A stretch of 58,329 nt of DNA, counting the filler, from Jimgerdemannia flammicorona (Eukaryota), in the NCBI GenBank assembly GCA_003990765.1. It is 2 parts of 2 records of this genome, joined end to end, with 100 filler letters (N's around TTAATTAATTAA, not from the genome) between each part and the next. Parts side by side here need not be neighbours in the genome. Positions count along the whole stretch, not along the records: positions 29,222 to 58,329 come from RBNJ01000517.1; 1 more part is not named here. One strand, given 5' to 3'. The first letter of the stretch is position 1, and each line of letters begins with the position of its first letter. Shown here one piece after another: positions 55,098 to 58,329 of this stretch. The translations under genes were made by a program, and so were the position numbers. The notes below the pieces were generated by a model. The model was not told the DNA's origin, ran no database searches, and saw nothing but the letters and a program-made list of their open reading frames with translations.

Positions 55098-56786
55098 TCA
55101 GACATTAATAATAGAAAACACCTCATAATCCGCGACCGTAAAATTTTGCGCACCAGCGAGAGCCGTGCTCGATGCTCCGGTACCGGAATAGCTAGTTGGT
55201 AAATTGCAGGTTGATAATGTTCCGGTGTTCGCCTGATCGCCAATATGTATGTCATGTCCACGTCGAGTTTCGTACCCGAATGTCGGCCCGTAGTTTGGAT
55301 CGCTGAAGCTCGCATATGTTAAATTGGTGATGATGAATTTCGCTGGCTGTTGGCGATGCAGTCCATCTTTCAAAGCAAACAAAAAGTTTGCACCGGACTG
55401 AGCAAAGGAGCTCCTCGATTGCCAAGGTTTGAAATTGACACCACCAAACAGATGTCCGTCGGAACTTCTTACGAGCACGAGTGTGGGTCCTTGATTGTCG
55501 CACCTTTGATGGAAGGTAGAGGCTTGGAAGCCATGAATGGAAGCTTGGTATAGCTTATTGAACCGCAAATTTGCCGAATTACATCCAGCTATCCCATTGG
55601 CTTCTATAATCCACGTTTTCAAAAGCTTCCATGACTCGTAATTGGCAATGTCCGAAGTGAAAGCGCATTTATCTTCGTTCCTATCCTCGCTCTTAACCCG
55701 GCTCTTTGTCCTCGGGGTCTCAATCGATGTATTGTTCGGCCGGGAGAAAAATAGCTGGATCTCGATAGTTCGACGCATCGGGAGGAAAAATGTGAGAGTT
55801 TCGACAGACTGAATATACTGCTCCGGTTCGAAGAGGGTGAAACGGATAGCCGGAATCAGTGATCTAAGAGCGGCTTTTAGCTCCACGAGCTGCTGGGCTG
55901 AAATTAGCGGCTGGTCCATCCCCCCGGCGCCCGCATCGGATGGCACGTTACTTGACGTCGTCTCCTGCGTGTCTTCGTCCATTTCGCTGGCAATGTTTAT
56001 CTTCACCTGTGATTCGACCATGGGTTTTGAGACCTTGGTATGGTGACACGCCCAGTTCATAGTCAAATTCCAGACATCAAATTCGGCTAAGGGGAGGTTG
56101 TCAGAGGCAAGGATCTGTTTGAAAAGTGTGAGAGGAATTTCATCGAGGAATGTGGCGAGCGTGACGCTAGACTCGAGGATGGTTTCCATATGAACAACAA
56201 TGAAGGCAAGAAGTTGGTGGAAGAATCCGGTAAGAGTATGTTGATGTGCCATGATTAATCCAGGGATGGCATATTTGCTGACTGCGAGGTTGAAGGGAAG
56301 GCGCTCCGGCATTCTGTTCTCGTCATAATCATCGCCTTCTTTTGAGTCAATCTGTTTCAGCACATCCATCACGTTGGCTTGGCATTCAAGACTCAATTCG
56401 TCTAGTTCCATTTCTTCAGCAGCAGCGATCAGATCGAGAAGAATTGTCTTGTCGTTTACCTCAACGCTACCGGTGTAGATATAGCGCAGGAGTGCATGGA
56501 ACGCGACGTGTGAAATGTTGGGCTTGCGAATTATGCCACTGGTCGTCTCCTTCCAATCGTTGCTGAACAGTGTATTGAAGTATTTGGAGCGACAGCGGAG
56601 AATCGGCGAGTGGCCGTACATTGTAACTTGTTCAGCATTATTGCGTATATCGTCGTCCTTCTTTGCGTCAATTCCACCAACCAAAAAACGAACATCGCTG
56701 CCGGTGGGGTCATTGACAAGTATGGCCATGTCCTGAGAAAGTTTGATGGCACCAGAGGCGGAGGTACGAGGTTGGGTATTTGACAT
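55098..56786 (-). CDS. BTB/POZ-BACK-TLDc domain protein (562 aa, intronless)
   Basis: BTB: SDVRFLVG..HSPILRCRSKYFNTLFSNDWKE..FHALLRYIYTGSV. BACK-like: EFDVWN..WA, LIPAIRF. TLDc: LYQASIHGFQASTFHQRCDNQGPTLVLVR..FGG..GPTFG..DYEVF. Confidence 0.93.
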   Translation of the reverse strand: MSNTQPRTSASGAIKLSQDMAILVNDPTGSDVRFLVGGIDAKKDDDIRNNAEQVTMYGHSPILRCRSKYFNTLFSNDWKETTSGIIRKPNISHVAFHALLRYIYTGSVEVNDKTILLDLIAAAEEMELDELSLECQANVMDVLKQIDSKEGDDYDENRMPERLPFNLAVSKYAIPGLIMAHQHTLTGFFHQLLAFIVVHMETILESSVTLATFLDEIPLTLFKQILASDNLPLAEFDVWNLTMNWACHHTKVSKPMVESQVKINIASEMDEDTQETTSSNVPSDAGAGGMDQPLISAQQLVELKAALRSLIPAIRFTLFEPEQYIQSVETLTFFLPMRRTIEIQLFFSRPNNTSIETPRTKSRVKSEDRNEDKCAFTSDIANYESWKLLKTWIIEANGIAGCNSANLRFNKLYQASIHGFQASTFHQRCDNQGPTLVLVRSSDGHLFGGVNFKPWQSRSSFAQSGANFLFALKDGLHRQQPAKFIITNLTYASFSDPNYGPTFGYETRRGHDIHIGDQANTGTLSTCNLPTSYSGTGASSTALAGAQNFTVADYEVFSIINV

Positions 56787-57949
56787 GTTGACCGTGAGAG
56801 ATGGCTTGAAGGAGTGGATATACGTAATACAGTAGAGTAAGTTGTTCACTCTGGAGAAGACGCGGCGACATGGGATTTTTATGGTATGAGTTTTTCAAGA
56901 CCTTATCTCCCAATGAAATTTACGCATTCATATGCGTATTACGACAGCGGATATACGTAACAAATACAAATATTACGCATAAGTTACCTTTCCAATGAAT
57001 ATCAAGCCCAAGTAACCTTTTGATTGAATATTACGCCCAAGTCAACTTTTGATTGCGACAATCTATTTCTAGTATCCCGCTGAAATCGTGACACGTCAAA
57101 ATGATTTTGACCCAACTACGTCACTGTGTCAATAGCTGAACTGAGTAAATATTACCTTGCTCGTGGTATAGCTGTTCGCTTTCAAGCTATACTCCAAGCG
57201 GCAAGCGGATGTGATGGACGAAAATTTGATTTCCTTTTCATCTAGGAAATACCACGGCGCCTCCCCCCAAATGACATTTGGACAGGAACAAAGGATCCCA
57301 TGAGATCGTCACAGGTTCTTCTCGGATATGTCGACGCCGTCGCGTGAGGGGAAAATTGTTCTTGGTAAATAATTATGTCATCCCGAAATTGGTCATGTTG
57401 ACTTGTCCCCACCGCAGCCCCAGCCCAGATTTGCTCTCCGGTCCATGAATGGGAAACTACTACCGCCACGTCGTGTCCAACGCAAATAAGTGAACAGTTG
57501 TCTGGCCTGGTGTCGACATGTAAGGGGGGTTTTTTTTTAATACGTCCTTTCATTAGGTTGAAGGGAATTCTTTGAATATTGTGTTAAAATCCGATGCCCC
57601 GTAAAACAGACCCCCCCCATATTATCGTAACTCTTTCCCCGTAATTTCCTCAAACCCTGGAAAAGTGGGCTGCACCGGGACGCATGTCTATGCTCGACAA
57701 TTGACAGCAGACGGTCGGTGCAACCAGGTAACCAAATGTTTGTTGTCATACTGTTTCCATCTCAGACGATGCAATCGCCCATCCGTGGGAGCCAACACCA
57801 GCTTTTTGAATGATGCCGGTTTGTCTAGGTTGTGTCAACAAAATCACTTACCCATAACAAGACGATTATGACAACTAATTGCGATGTTGGAGGAATAATG
57901 GCTGCGACAGTGCCATTTATCTTACCCAATAAATTTAATTGATATTGGA

Positions 57950-58310
57950 AGATAGGGTGACCATGTAGCGATGAGATCGGCAAGGGGTTGTTTCGCAATG
58001 CGAAATGTACGCTGAGGAAAATGGTTTCAACTCCTGCCACGTGCTATCGCTGGATATCTTTGTGAGAAGTATAAGACTTAGTGATGTGGATCACTTATTT
58101 ATTCATTTTTACTGTTAGAAAAGCTACATATCTGTCAGCCGGGAGTCTGTGCAAAATGACGAGGTTCGTGTGAGATGCTCAGGTTCCCGTTGAATGAATG
58201 GAAAATCATGGCGGAACATCTCGTTGCGCCAACTCAGCAGTTAGCCTTTTGCAAACGCCTAGGTATTGTCAGAGGGGTTCTGTAATATTCCCACATGAGT
58301 GAATTCACGA
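57950..58310. repeat. Third copy of the BTB-TLDc downstream flank (homologous to 51715-52040 and 54820-54890)
   Basis: Shared blocks such as ACGTGCTATC.CTGGAT, GAGTCTGTGCAAA, GTTGAATGAATGGA and GTGAATTCAC. Confidence 0.8.
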
Positions 58311-58329
58311 TTTTTTTTTTTTTTTTTTT

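Overview
This is eukaryotic, intron-rich fungal DNA. The gene content (BTB-BACK-TLDc, AIG1 GTPase, a TCTP copy, a REase-like family) suggests an early-diverging Mucoromycota-type fungus, but that is inference. About 1-39.7 kb is an AT-rich pile of nested transposon relics: several L1/Tx1-like LINEs, a hAT transposase with at least 6 copies of its foldback MITE, and a dUTPase-bearing, integrase-less Ty3/Gypsy element. These are almost free of CpG and carry heavy G:C->A:T transitions, frequently CpA/TpG->TpA (RIP-like). One CpG-rich 8-exon host gene in this zone has a full-length LINE with a target-site duplication (TSD) inside an intron. An artificial 100-bp gap linker sits at 29122-29221. About 39.8-58.3 kb is CpG-rich and holds an AIG1/GIMAP-like GTPase ending in CaaX, a SPRY pseudogene, and a minisatellite with an interstitial (TTAGGG)4. 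It also holds a tandem pair of small secreted Cys-rich genes (one broken by a captured GH95 exon), a solo LTR, a TCTP retrocopy and a tandem BTB-BACK-TLDc array. All calls were made by eye, with no database search.
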